Positions 37,030-48,390 of a DNA stretch of 64,000 nt are shown piece after piece. This stretch comes from an uncultured Actinomycetota bacterium (GTDB lineage Bacteria > Actinomycetota > Actinomycetes > JADGOV01). The translations under genes were made by a program, and so were the position numbers. The notes under the pieces were generated by a model. That model was not told the origin of the DNA, made no database searches, and was given only the letters and a program-made list of their open reading frames with translations. The DNA lies in assembly GCA_963814355.1 (NCBI GenBank), contig CAWFCZ010000018.1:854590-918589 (forward strand). Direction: 5' to 3'. The stretch's first letter is position 1, and each line of letters starts with the position of its first letter.

Positions 37030-37884
37030 TCAGCCCCAGGACCGCTCGGCAGCGTCGACCACGTTGGACAGCAGCATCGCCCGGGTCATTGGACCGACCC
37101 CGCCGGGCATCGGCGCCAGATATCCGGCCACCTCACGGACGTCGGGGTGGACGTCTCCCACCAAACCGGCGTCGGTGCGGGTAATGCCGACGTCGAGCAC
37201 GGCGGCTCCCGGCCGGATGAGATCCGGCTTGACCAGGTGCGGTACTCCGGCCGCCGCCACCACGATGTCGGCTCGGCCGATGTGATCGGCCAAGTCTCGG
37301 GTGCCGGTGTGGCACAGCGTGACCGTGGCATTCTCGGTCCGTCTGGTGAGCACCAACCCGAGCGGACGGCCGACCGTGATCCCCCGGCCGATCACACAGA
37401 CCTCGGCACCGGCGATCGGCACGTCGTATTCCCGCAGCAGCGCGACGATGCCACGCGGAGTACAGGGCAACGGCGCCGGGCGGCCCAGGACCAGGCGGCC
37501 CAGATTGACCGGATGCAGCCCGTCGGCGTCCTTCGCCGGGTCCATCAGCTCCAGCACGGCGTTGGGGTCCAGACCGGCCGGGAGCGGCAGTTGGACGATG
37601 TACCCGGTGCACGTCGGGTCGGCATTCACATCGCTGACCGCCGCCTCGACCTCGGCCTGGCCAGCCGTCGCCGGCAGGTCCCGGCGAATCGAGGTGATGC
37701 CGACCTCGGCGCAGTCCCGGTGTTTGCCGGCGACGTAGGACGCGCTGCCCGGATCGTCCCCGACCAGCACGGTGCCGAGCCCGGGGACTCGGCCGCAGGC
37801 CGCCCGCAGCGCGGCCACCCGCCCGGTCAGCTCGGCCCGGATCCGGGCCGCGGTGGCCTTGCCGTCGAGGATCTGCGCCGTCAT
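37030..37884 (-). CDS. folD: Bifunctional methylenetetrahydrofolate dehydrogenase / methenyl-THF cyclohydrolase
   Basis: 284 aa. Conserved [26 protein letters not shown] and [11 protein letters not shown] blocks of FolD. Confidence 0.85.
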   Translation of the reverse strand: MTAQILDGKATAARIRAELTGRVAALRAACGRVPGLGTVLVGDDPGSASYVAGKHRDCAEVGITSIRRDLPATAGQAEVEAAVSDVNADPTCTGYIVQLPLPAGLDPNAVLELMDPAKDADGLHPVNLGRLVLGRPAPLPCTPRGIVALLREYDVPIAGAEVCVIGRGITVGRPLGLVLTRRTENATVTLCHTGTRDLADHIGRADIVVAAAGVPHLVKPDLIRPGAAVLDVGITRTDAGLVGDVHPDVREVAGYLAPMPGGVGPMTRAMLLSNVVDAAERSWG

Positions 37885-37899
37885 GCCGGTCCGGCCATG

Positions 37900-38847
37900 T
37901 CAGTCGAGCCAGTAGTCGTTGATGTACTTCTCGCCCTCGTCGCAGAAGAAGGTGACCACGTGCTCGTACTCGGCCCGCAGCGCCCGGGCGGCGATCAGAT
38001 GCGCTCCCGAGCTGGGGCCGACGAACAGCCCGTAATTCCTCGCCAGCCGGCGCATTTCGGCGATGGCCTCGTCGCTGTCCACCGGCACGAACTCGTCCAC
38101 GTCGGTGCGGTGCCGGGCGATGATGCCCGGTACGAAGCCGTCGGCGATGCCCTCGATGAGATGCTTGCCGATCTCCCCGCACATCAGGGTGCACGACTCG
38201 TTGGGCTCCACGGCAACCACCCGGCAGGCCGGGTTCACCCTGCGGAAGGCCATCCCGACGCCCACGATCGTGCCTCCGGTACCGACCCCGCCGACCACCG
38301 CGTCGGGGACCACCCCGTCTGGCAGTTGATCGAGCACCTCCGGGCCGAGCCAGCTGCAGTTCTCCTCGACGTTCCACTCGTTGTCGAACTGCTGCGGCGC
38401 GAAGTAACCGGGCTGCTCCCCGAGTTCCCGGGCCTTGCGCAGCGCGTCGTTGACATGGAAGTCGCCGAGGGTCATCACCTCTGCCCCGAACGCCCGGGAG
38501 ATCGCGGCCCGCTCCGGGCTCATGCCGTTGGGCATCACGACCAGCATCCGGTATCCCTTCACGGCGGCGACCATGGACATGGCGTTCCCGGTGTTACCAC
38601 TGGAGGCCTCCACGATGGTGTCTCCGGGATGGAGCAGCCCTTCCCGCTCCGCCTTCGTGATCATGTAGCTCGCGATCCGTGCCTTGATCGAGCCGGACGG
38701 GTTGAGGAACTCCAACTTCACCCAGATGTCGTCGACCCGGACCAGCGGCGTATTGCCAATACCGTCCAGAATGGTGGCCCGCCACGGGTCCCCGCGGCGC
38801 ACCACCGCCGGGCGGCCCGCGGTCGGCGGCGTTTCCACGATCGCCAT
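37900..38847 (-). CDS. Cysteine synthase / PLP-dependent CysK-CysM family enzyme
   Basis: 315 aa. PLP Lys motif (NPSGSIKARIA). Asn loop SSGNTG. Gly-rich GGVGTGGTIVGVG. Confidence 0.8.
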   Translation of the reverse strand: MAIVETPPTAGRPAVVRRGDPWRATILDGIGNTPLVRVDDIWVKLEFLNPSGSIKARIASYMITKAEREGLLHPGDTIVEASSGNTGNAMSMVAAVKGYRMLVVMPNGMSPERAAISRAFGAEVMTLGDFHVNDALRKARELGEQPGYFAPQQFDNEWNVEENCSWLGPEVLDQLPDGVVPDAVVGGVGTGGTIVGVGMAFRRVNPACRVVAVEPNESCTLMCGEIGKHLIEGIADGFVPGIIARHRTDVDEFVPVDSDEAIAEMRRLARNYGLFVGPSSGAHLIAARALRAEYEHVVTFFCDEGEKYINDYWLD

Positions 38848-39031
38848 GGCGTTCCTCCGCTTCGCATCGTCGGTAGGCGGGTAGCGGGCCGGTCGGGGTG
38901 GCCGACGCCCGCCGGTCGAGGCCCGGACGCAGCCACGCTACGCCGCGACCCGCCGGAACCCCAGGTCCTCCCCTACCGGCCCTCGCGCCGAGCGTCCGTA
39001 GGGTTGTCCCTATCCGGTCGGAGGTGAGGAC

Positions 39032-40216
39032 TTGGAGGGCGAGAACGTCCTGACGCTGTCGCGCGCCCCGGACTCGGACACCGCGCGCTCCGCCGGCCGG
39101 CCCGGCTCGCTGGCCCTCTCCGCCACGGCGATCTTCCTGGCGAGCCGGCTCCTCACCAGCGCCGGCATTCTGCTCGCGCACTGGGTTTCGGGACTCAGCA
39201 TCCGCATGATCGTGGTGAAGTGGGATGCCCACTGGTACCTCGCGGTCGCCCAGCACGGGTACCCGACCAGCACTGCGCCACTGCCCGGTCAAGCCGAGCT
39301 CCGGCTGGCTTTTTTCCCGCTGTTCCCGCTGCTGATCTCCCCCGTCGGCGGCCTGGGGTCCAACGCGATCCTGGCGGCGACCGCATTGGGCACCGCGTTC
39401 GGGCTGGCCGCCACCATCGCCGTGGCGTTCCTGGCCCGGACGGTGGGGCTGCGCGCGGGTCGGGACGCGGTCGGCGCGCAGCGCAGCGCGCTGGCGGCGG
39501 TGGCCCTGTTCGCCTGCTTTCCGGGCGCCATCGCGCTCTCCCTGGCCTATACCGAGGGCGTCGCGCTGGTCGCCGTGGTCGGCTGCCTGCTCGCACTGCT
39601 GCACCGGCGCTGGCTGAGCGCCGGGCTGTGCGCCGCGCTGGCCACCGCCACCAGGCCCAACGCGCTGGCTCTGCTCGCCGCCTGCGCCTGGGCCTGCGCC
39701 GAAGCTCTACGACAGCGCCGGGAATGGCGCTCCCTGCTGGCGCCGCTGCTCGCTCCGCTCGGCGCCCTGGGCTATCTCGCGTACCTGCAGGTTCACGTCG
39801 GGGACTGGCGGGCCTGGCACGAGGTCGAGGCCCGAGCGTGGCACCAGAACATCGACTTCTCCGCCCAACTGCTGCGGCTGCTCAGCCCGGCGGAGATCGT
39901 CAAGCATGCGGCCCGGACCGACTGGAACTACTTCTCCATCGTGGCCGGGCTGATCTTCGTCGTGATCTCCGTACTCTGCCTGCGCCGCTGGCGACCGCCG
40001 GGAGTGCTGGTCGCCTACACCGCGGCCGTGCTGGCGTTGTGTTTCATCTCCAGCCACGTCGGCCCCCGGCCTCGGATGGTGCTGGTGGCCGTACCGCTGT
40101 TCATGGCCTGCGCCGAACGCCTGTCCCGGGTGCAGTACCGGTGGCTGCTGGGGAGTTGCGCCGGGCTGACCGTGGTCATGAGCTATTTCGTGTCGATGGG
40201 CCGGATCATTCCCTGA
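39032..40216 (+). CDS. Integral-membrane GT-C fold glycosyltransferase (PIG-V/PimE-like mannosyltransferase family)
   Basis: 394 aa, about 9-10 TM helices. Conserved luminal-loop motif KWDAHWYLAVAQHGY near the N-terminus. The track-defined start (39032) is a TTG/GTG-type codon and the exact start is uncertain. Confidence 0.45.
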   Translation: MEGENVLTLSRAPDSDTARSAGRPGSLALSATAIFLASRLLTSAGILLAHWVSGLSIRMIVVKWDAHWYLAVAQHGYPTSTAPLPGQAELRLAFFPLFPLLISPVGGLGSNAILAATALGTAFGLAATIAVAFLARTVGLRAGRDAVGAQRSALAAVALFACFPGAIALSLAYTEGVALVAVVGCLLALLHRRWLSAGLCAALATATRPNALALLAACAWACAEALRQRREWRSLLAPLLAPLGALGYLAYLQVHVGDWRAWHEVEARAWHQNIDFSAQLLRLLSPAEIVKHAARTDWNYFSIVAGLIFVVISVLCLRRWRPPGVLVAYTAAVLALCFISSHVGPRPRMVLVAVPLFMACAERLSRVQYRWLLGSCAGLTVVMSYFVSMGRIIP

Positions 40217-41423
40217 CCGCGGCCGGCGCCGGCGCGGCGCTACCGGACCGAGGTGTGACCCCCGGTGGGGCAAGTGCCGGCATCGGGGACGCCAGGGCCG
40301 CTCGCACCGCCAGCCCGCCGGCGACCACCAGCACTGCGTTGCGGACCGCGAGCAGCAGGGCGGAGCCGACCGCACCGTGGATCAGCCCGACGTACCAGAT
40401 CGGGTACAGCCACTGGGTGAGCCCGCAGGCCAGCACCAGCAGACCGGCCGTCCGCCGTTGCCGGCTGGCCGGGTTGCTCACCGCAAGCGCGGCCAGGCCG
40501 AGCGCCCAGACCAGGTATTGCGGGCTGAGCACCCGGGCGACCAGCAGCACGGCGAGCAGCCCGGCCAGGCCGAGGTCGAGATTGCCGGGCCGCCGCCAGG
40601 CCAGCCCGAGGACGGCAAGCACCACCACGGCGCTGGCCACCGTGGTGAGGGCGACCACGACCGACACGCCCGGTCCGTGCACCTGGTAAGCCCCGTACTC
40701 GCGCACCACCCGGATCCCCGACGCACCGAACGCCCGGGCAAGCACGTACGGGGTGGCGGCCAGCGTCTCGGTCTGCAGGCCCCGAGCCTCCTGGTTGTGC
40801 CGGAAGTCCAGACCCTCGCCGAGCCGCCCCCCGGCCGCCAGCCCGACGACGATGACCCCGCCCACGGCGAGCGCCCCCGCGGCGGCCCGACGCCGCCGGG
40901 CGATCAGCGGGAACAGCAACACCGGCCACACCTTGACCGCCGCGCCGAGACCGAGGAGCGCGCCGGCCAGCCCGGACCGCGAGCCCGACACGCTCCCGGC
41001 AGCCGGTCCGGATGCCGGCCTGGTGGCTACCGCCAGGGCGGCCACCGCGAGCAGCGTCGGCGCGGTGTCGAAGCGGTTTTCCACGATCGGACCCAACGCG
41101 GTCGTGCCGAGGATCCACACCCAGGCGCCGGCCGGGCTGCCGCCGGCAGCGGCCCGGCGCGCCAGCACGGCCAGCACCAGCGCGTCGCCGATCAGTGCGA
41201 GGGCGACGAAGGACGGGTAGTAGCGCAGCGGGCTCAGGCCGGGCAGGGCCAACACACCGGCCGCGCCGGGCGGGTACTGCCAGGTCGGATCACCCAGGGG
41301 GAAGTGGCCGGAAACCAGGGTTGACGCCCACCCCGCGTACAGCCGGACGTCTCCGGTGATCCCGGCGTGGTGCGGGTACCCGGACCAGCCGGGCGCGGCC
41401 ACCAACAGCGCCCGGGTGGCCAC
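40206..41423 (-). CDS. Polytopic membrane glycosyltransferase (DUF2029 / GT87-like)
   Basis: 405 aa, more than 10 TM helices, with a Gly/Ala-rich membrane domain typical of actinobacterial GT87/DUF2029 proteins. Convergent with the preceding GT-C gene. Confidence 0.45.
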   Translation of the reverse strand: MATRALLVAAPGWSGYPHHAGITGDVRLYAGWASTLVSGHFPLGDPTWQYPPGAAGVLALPGLSPLRYYPSFVALALIGDALVLAVLARRAAAGGSPAGAWVWILGTTALGPIVENRFDTAPTLLAVAALAVATRPASGPAAGSVSGSRSGLAGALLGLGAAVKVWPVLLFPLIARRRRAAAGALAVGGVIVVGLAAGGRLGEGLDFRHNQEARGLQTETLAATPYVLARAFGASGIRVVREYGAYQVHGPGVSVVVALTTVASAVVVLAVLGLAWRRPGNLDLGLAGLLAVLLVARVLSPQYLVWALGLAALAVSNPASRQRRTAGLLVLACGLTQWLYPIWYVGLIHGAVGSALLLAVRNAVLVVAGGLAVRAALASPMPALAPPGVTPRSGSAAPAPAAVRE

Positions 41424-41525
41424 CCAGGCGACCAGCAGGGGCAGCCAGCCGTCAGGGCTGCGGAGGTCGGGGCTGCGGAGCCTGGTGAGGCCGGACAGGA
41501 CGACCGCCTCCCCGGGCTCGCGGAC

Positions 41526-42800
41526 TCACCCGGAGGGCCGTACCGCTCCGGCGTATTGCGGCCACCACACCGGTTCCTCGCGGACCAACGCGCCGGTGTG
41601 GGGTGCATCGATCATCATGCCCGACCCGACGTAGATGCCCACATGGTGGATCGGGCTGCCGAAGAAGACCAGATCGCCGGAGATCAGCTCCGAGCGGCTC
41701 ACCGGGCGACCCTGGTTGATCTGGGTACCGGTGTAGTGCCCCAGATAGACCCCAGCCTTGGCCCACACGTATTGGGTGAGGCCCGAGCAGTCGAAGGCAT
41801 CGGGTCCGGCGGCCGCCCAGACGTAGGGCTTGCCGATCTCCCGGTACGCCCAGGCCACCGCCACCGCGGCACCGCCCGACCCCAGCCGAGGGGTGGTGAA
41901 CGTCGCGGCCGGGGTGCCGGCCGAGTTCGGCCGATTCGCGCTGGTCCGGGCTGCGGTGGACGCGGACCGGAACGCCGACGCGGCGTGCGCCTGCGCCGCC
42001 CGTTCGGTGGCCAGGGCGGCCGCCCGCGCCTTCGCCGCCGCCAGCGCCTTGGCGGCCACGGCCACGTCCACCGCGTGCCTGGCGGCGCTCGCCGAGGCGA
42101 GAGCCGCCTGGGCCTGGGCCACCAGCTGGGCCTGGGCATCCTGCAGTTGGCCGAGAAGTTGCTGCTCGCGGGCGGCGGCGGTGAGCACGGCGTCGCGCTG
42201 CCGCCGCTTGTCCGCGGTGAGCTGCCGCTGCCGGGTCACAGCGATGTCGGCCGCGAGCTTGGCGAACGCCTGCTCGTGCTTGGCGACTGCGAGCTGCGAC
42301 AGACTGTCCTGCTGGACCCGGGCCACGGCGTCCAGGGTGACCGCCCGGTCCAGCAAGGTGGCGGGTCCGGCCGCGTCGGTGAGCAGTTCGAACTGCGACA
42401 GCCCGCCGCTTTGGTAGGCCTCGACGGCGACCGCGCCGGCCCGGGATCGCAGCCGAGCCAGCTCCGCGGTTGCCCTCGCCAACCGGGCGCGGGCCGCCCC
42501 GGCGATCCGATTGGCCCAGGCCAGCTGCTCCACCGCGCCGTCGTAGGCCTCGGCGGCGATCTCCGCCCGCACGTTCAGGGCGTCCAGTTGGCGCTGCACG
42601 GAGGCGATGTGCGTCCGCTCCGCGGCGACGCGGGCTCGGGCGCTGGTGGCGGCCGCGGCGGCCGCCGCCGCCTTCGCTCTGGCGTCGGAGACCTGATCCG
42701 CGACCGCGGCCGTTGACGAGGGCACGGTGGTCGCCGTCAGGGCGGCGAGGAGCACACCTCCGGTCAGGGTGCGCGCTCGAGAGCTGAGCGGCAGCTGCAC
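41526..42800 (-). CDS. Secreted NlpC/P60 peptidoglycan endopeptidase with long coiled-coil N-terminal domain (RipA-like)
   Basis: GTG start at 42800 with an AGGAG SD 6 nt upstream. Signal peptide (LTGGVLLAALTATTVPSSTAAVA). About 250 aa of Ala/Gln-rich coiled coil. C-terminal NlpC/P60 with a catalytic Cys (DCSGLTQYVW) and His (HHVGIYVG). Confidence 0.7.
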   Translation of the reverse strand: MQLPLSSRARTLTGGVLLAALTATTVPSSTAAVADQVSDARAKAAAAAAAATSARARVAAERTHIASVQRQLDALNVRAEIAAEAYDGAVEQLAWANRIAGAARARLARATAELARLRSRAGAVAVEAYQSGGLSQFELLTDAAGPATLLDRAVTLDAVARVQQDSLSQLAVAKHEQAFAKLAADIAVTRQRQLTADKRRQRDAVLTAAAREQQLLGQLQDAQAQLVAQAQAALASASAARHAVDVAVAAKALAAAKARAAALATERAAQAHAASAFRSASTAARTSANRPNSAGTPAATFTTPRLGSGGAAVAVAWAYREIGKPYVWAAAGPDAFDCSGLTQYVWAKAGVYLGHYTGTQINQGRPVSRSELISGDLVFFGSPIHHVGIYVGSGMMIDAPHTGALVREEPVWWPQYAGAVRPSG

Positions 42801-43013
42801 GCTTCGCTCCTGGGGATCTCGGGGCTCAAACGGGCCAACCGTACGCGCACATCGATCATCCGTCACCTGTCTGGCGGAATAACCTAGCGAAACTGGGTGG
42901 GTTTCGGTAGGTCTGATGGCACACCCCGTTTGATCCGGCGCGGTGCGCGGCAGTCGCCGGCGGACATCGAGCCCTCGGCCCGGCCCGGCCCCGGCTCGGG
43001 ATAGCGTTTCCCG

Positions 43014-43676
43014 GTGCCGACCGAGACCCCCACCGCGGAGCCTTTCGTCCCGGCAGGCACCGACCTGGCGGGCCTGGCGGCCGCCGCCGCGGACTGTCGC
43101 GGCTGCCATCTGTACAGCAACGCCACCCAGACCGTCTTCGGGGAAGGCCCGGCGACCGCGCGCGTCGTGCTGATCGGCGAGCAGCCGGGTGATGTCGAGG
43201 ACCGGCGCGGGCGGCCGTTCGTCGGCCCGGCCGGTGCGCTGCTGGATCGCGCGCTCGCCGACGGCGGCCTGGACCGGGATGCCGCGTACGTCACGAACGC
43301 CGTCAAGCACTTCAAGTTCACCATGGACAGCGGCGGCAAGCGCCGGATCCACGCCAAGCCGGACGCCTGGGAGGTCAACGCCTGCCGGCCGTGGTTGCAC
43401 GCCGAACTCGGGCTGCTGGACCCGGAGGTGGTGCTCTGCCTCGGCGCCACCGCGGCGCAGGCGATCTTCGGGTCGTCGTTTCGGGTGACCAAGTCCCGGG
43501 GTGTGCTGCTGCCTTGGCCGGCACAGGAGGAGGACGGGGTTCAGTCCCCGTACGCGCTGGCGACCATCCACCCGTCCGCGGTGTTGCGGGCCTCCGACCG
43601 CGAGCAGGCCTACGCCGGCCTGGTCGCCGACCTCACCGTGGTGGCCGAGTTCCTGCCGGGCCGGACGACGCCCTGA
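43014..43676 (+). CDS. udgX: UdgX-type uracil-DNA glycosylase (family-4-derived, covalent-crosslinking subtype)
   Basis: Carries all three UdgX-diagnostic features: motif A GEQPG (not GE[AC]PG), the R-loop insertion KRRIH, and motif B HPSAVLR. The Fe-S cluster Cys ligands are retained (CRGC...C). Confidence 0.7.
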   Translation: MPTETPTAEPFVPAGTDLAGLAAAAADCRGCHLYSNATQTVFGEGPATARVVLIGEQPGDVEDRRGRPFVGPAGALLDRALADGGLDRDAAYVTNAVKHFKFTMDSGGKRRIHAKPDAWEVNACRPWLHAELGLLDPEVVLCLGATAAQAIFGSSFRVTKSRGVLLPWPAQEEDGVQSPYALATIHPSAVLRASDREQAYAGLVADLTVVAEFLPGRTTP

Positions 43677-43686
43677 GCGGCCAGCG

Positions 43687-44328
43687 GTGAGCGTCGAGGT
43701 GTCGGCGCGCCCGCGGCTGCGCGGCGCCTCCCATGCCCTGGCTGCGGTGGCCGCGGTACCCGCCGGAGTGTGGTTGGTCGGCCGAGCACCCTCAGCCGCC
43801 AGTCGGCTGGCCGCCGTGGTCTACGCCGTCACGGCCACGGCACTGTTCGCCGTCAGCGCGTTGTACCACCTTGGTCGCTGGAACGGCGCCGCCCGGCGCC
43901 GCGCCAAGGCCGCCGACCACGTGACGATCTTCTGCTACATGGCTGGCTCCTACGGTCCGCTCGGGGTGCTGCGGCTGTCCGAACCCGCGGCCGCGACCTG
44001 GCTGGGCGCGCTGTGGGTGGGCGCCCTGGTCGGCGCCGTGGTCAAGGTCCGTACGCTGGACCGCCTCGGCGGGCCGGCCGACGCCCTGTACGCCGTCGTC
44101 GGCGGCTCGGCGATCCTGCTGCTGCCAGCGTTCGTCCACCGGCTGACCGGGGCGGAGCTGGCGCTGCTGCTGGGCGGGCTGCTCTGCTACGGCTTGTCGG
44201 CGTACTGCCTGAAATTGCGCCGGCCCAATCCCTGGCCGGCCACATTCGGCTACCACGAGTGCGCCCACCTGTGGGTGGTCGGGGGCGCAGTCAGCCACGT
44301 GGCGTTCTACGCCATGCTGTTCCGGTGA
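43687..44328 (+). CDS. Hemolysin-III / PAQR family channel protein (YqfA-like)
   Basis: GTG at 43687. Seven-TM protein with conserved His motifs (ALYHLGRW..., HECAHLWV). Confidence 0.65.
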   Translation: MSVEVSARPRLRGASHALAAVAAVPAGVWLVGRAPSAASRLAAVVYAVTATALFAVSALYHLGRWNGAARRRAKAADHVTIFCYMAGSYGPLGVLRLSEPAAATWLGALWVGALVGAVVKVRTLDRLGGPADALYAVVGGSAILLLPAFVHRLTGAELALLLGGLLCYGLSAYCLKLRRPNPWPATFGYHECAHLWVVGGAVSHVAFYAMLFR

Positions 44329-45026
44329 TGGCGGGTCCGGCACCGGGGGCAGGTCCGGTGCCGAGGACAGGCCCGGTGAGGCCCGGGCACGACTTCGAGC
44401 CGGTCTGGCTGGTGGGCATCCAGGTCCTGGACGGCTACGTACGGGCCGCGTTGCGGCTGCGTATCACCGGGCTGGAGCACCTGCCCCGCTCCGGCGCGGC
44501 CCTGCTGGTCGCCAATCACGTCTCTTACCTCGACCCGGTTGTGCTGATCGTGGTCGGCCACCGGGCGGGCCGGCGGGTACGGGTGCTCAGCGTGCAGGAA
44601 GCGTTCGAGCGGCCCGGCAGCGGGTTTTTCCTGCGCGCCGGACGACACATCCCGGTCGGCGCGGATCCGGCTGATCGGATGGTGGCGATCCGCCGGGCCC
44701 GGGCCGCGCTGCACCGCGGGGAGGTGGTGCTGATCTACCCGGAGGGCACGATCGCCAGCGGCACCGAACAGCGGGCGGCCCGGGGTGGAGCCGGCCTGCT
44801 CGCGCTGACCAGCGGGGTGCCGGTCATCCCGATACGAACCTGGGGCCTGGAGCGCGGCGCGGCGCGCTGCTGGCACCGCCGGCGGGCGAGCGTGGTGGTC
44901 GGCCCGCCGGTGGACCTCACGCCGGCGAACCAGATGTCCGGGCGCCGGCGGTACGAGGCGGCCGCAGCCCTGGCCCTCGACGCCGTCCGCGCCCTGCGGC
45001 CGCCCGAACCGAGCAGCCGGGACTGA
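44325..45026 (+). CDS. plsC: 1-acyl-sn-glycerol-3-phosphate acyltransferase (LPLAT/PlsC family)
   Basis: Start overlaps the HlyIII stop (GTGATG). Acyltransferase motif I NHVSYLDP and motif III IYPEGT are present. Confidence 0.65.
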   Translation: MMAGPAPGAGPVPRTGPVRPGHDFEPVWLVGIQVLDGYVRAALRLRITGLEHLPRSGAALLVANHVSYLDPVVLIVVGHRAGRRVRVLSVQEAFERPGSGFFLRAGRHIPVGADPADRMVAIRRARAALHRGEVVLIYPEGTIASGTEQRAARGGAGLLALTSGVPVIPIRTWGLERGAARCWHRRRASVVVGPPVDLTPANQMSGRRRYEAAAALALDAVRALRPPEPSSRD

Positions 45027-45029
45027 GGA

Positions 45030-45155
45030 CTACTTGCCCGACTCCTTGGGCCGGGTGGCTGGTGGGACGATGGCGTTGGCCGGGGTCACCGCCTTCGGCT
45101 TCTTGTCCTGCTTGGGTTTACGGGCCTCGCGGCCACCCTTGTTCTTACCGCCCAT
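45030..45155 (-). CDS. Small lysine-rich basic protein (41 aa), not in ORF track
   Basis: Translated by eye: MGGKNKGGREARKPKQDKKPKAVTPANAIVPPATRPKESGK*. A strong GGAGG SD sits 6 nt upstream of the ATG. The gene is convergent with plsC. Confidence 0.3.
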   Translation of the reverse strand: MGGKNKGGREARKPKQDKKPKAVTPANAIVPPATRPKESGK

Positions 45156-45239
45156 GATCATCCTCCGGCTCGGTTCCTAGCCCAAACGGTACGGCCATCC
45201 AGGGCGGCGGGGAAGGTGTCCAGCTCGCCGACCTCCCGA

Positions 45240-45893
45240 TCAGGGCCCGAGCCGTTCCAGGACCCAGCTGTCGGTGCCTCGGCGGTAGCGCAGCCGGTCG
45301 TGCAACCGGTCGTCGCGACCCTGCCAGAACTCCAGTGAGTCGGGAGCCACCCGAAAGCCTCCCCAGAACGGCGGCAGCGGCACCGCCGGGTCGTCGTCGT
45401 CGTCGGCACCGAAACGGTCGGTCACCTCGGCGAGGCGGGCCAACAGTTCGGCACGCGAGGTGAGCACCGCCGACTGCGGCGAAGCCCAGGCCCCGAGCCG
45501 TGATCCCCGCGGGCGTTCGGCGAAGTACGCCTCGCTCTCGGCCGTGGTGGTACGCGTCACGCTGCCTTCCACCCGCACCTGACGTTCCAGCTCGTGCCAG
45601 GGGAAGAGCAGCGCCGCCCGCGGGTTGGCCGCCAGCTCGGCTGATTTGCGGGAGTCGTAGTGGGTGTAAAACACGAATCCGCCCTGGTCGTAGCCCTTCA
45701 GCAGCACCATTCGGGCACTCGGGGCACCGTCCGCGGTGGCCAGCACCATCGCATTGGGTTCCCGCAGGCCGGCGGCCACCGCGGCGGCGAACCAGCGGTC
45801 GAACTGCGCCAGCGGGTCGGGATCGGCGTCCTGCTCGGAGAGGCCGCCTGCCAGGTACGCCCGCCGCATCGCCGCCGCCGCATCGTTGGTCAC
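45240..45893 (-). CDS. pdxH: Pyridoxamine 5'-phosphate oxidase
   Basis: 217 aa. FMN-binding split-barrel with conserved [14 protein letters not shown] and a C-terminal (F)WQGR..RLHDR motif. Confidence 0.85.
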   Translation of the reverse strand: MTNDAAAAMRRAYLAGGLSEQDADPDPLAQFDRWFAAAVAAGLREPNAMVLATADGAPSARMVLLKGYDQGGFVFYTHYDSRKSAELAANPRAALLFPWHELERQVRVEGSVTRTTTAESEAYFAERPRGSRLGAWASPQSAVLTSRAELLARLAEVTDRFGADDDDDPAVPLPPFWGGFRVAPDSLEFWQGRDDRLHDRLRYRRGTDSWVLERLGP

Positions 45894-45935
45894 ACCGCTT
45901 TCCTAGCACTCGGCGACTAGTGTCAATATGAGCCC

Positions 45936-48235
<2,300 letters not shown>

Positions 48236-48390
48236 AGAGGTCGCCGAGCACGTGAGCACACAGTGCTCACGTGGCGCGATGATCCGCACGCTCGCGACGA
48301 TCTCTGCACCGGCCGAAACCGGACCCACTGTGTGCTGAAGTGCTCATTCGACGCCGCCGATCAGCCGCGCGGCGGGGGTAGCGTCGCGCC

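Noticed and set aside
37133-39027. Long ORFs 37133..38377 (-) and 37147..39027 (+)
   Set aside because: They are alternative frames or the antisense strand of folD and the cysteine synthase gene, which have full-length conserved products.
41440-41490. Short tandem GGGCTGCGGAG x2 and nearby hairpin CCGGAG-N10-CTCCGG at the ripA-like stop
   Set aside because: Too short or imperfect to call a repeat element or terminator. It lies in the N-terminal junk extension of the GT87 ORF and the ripA stop region.
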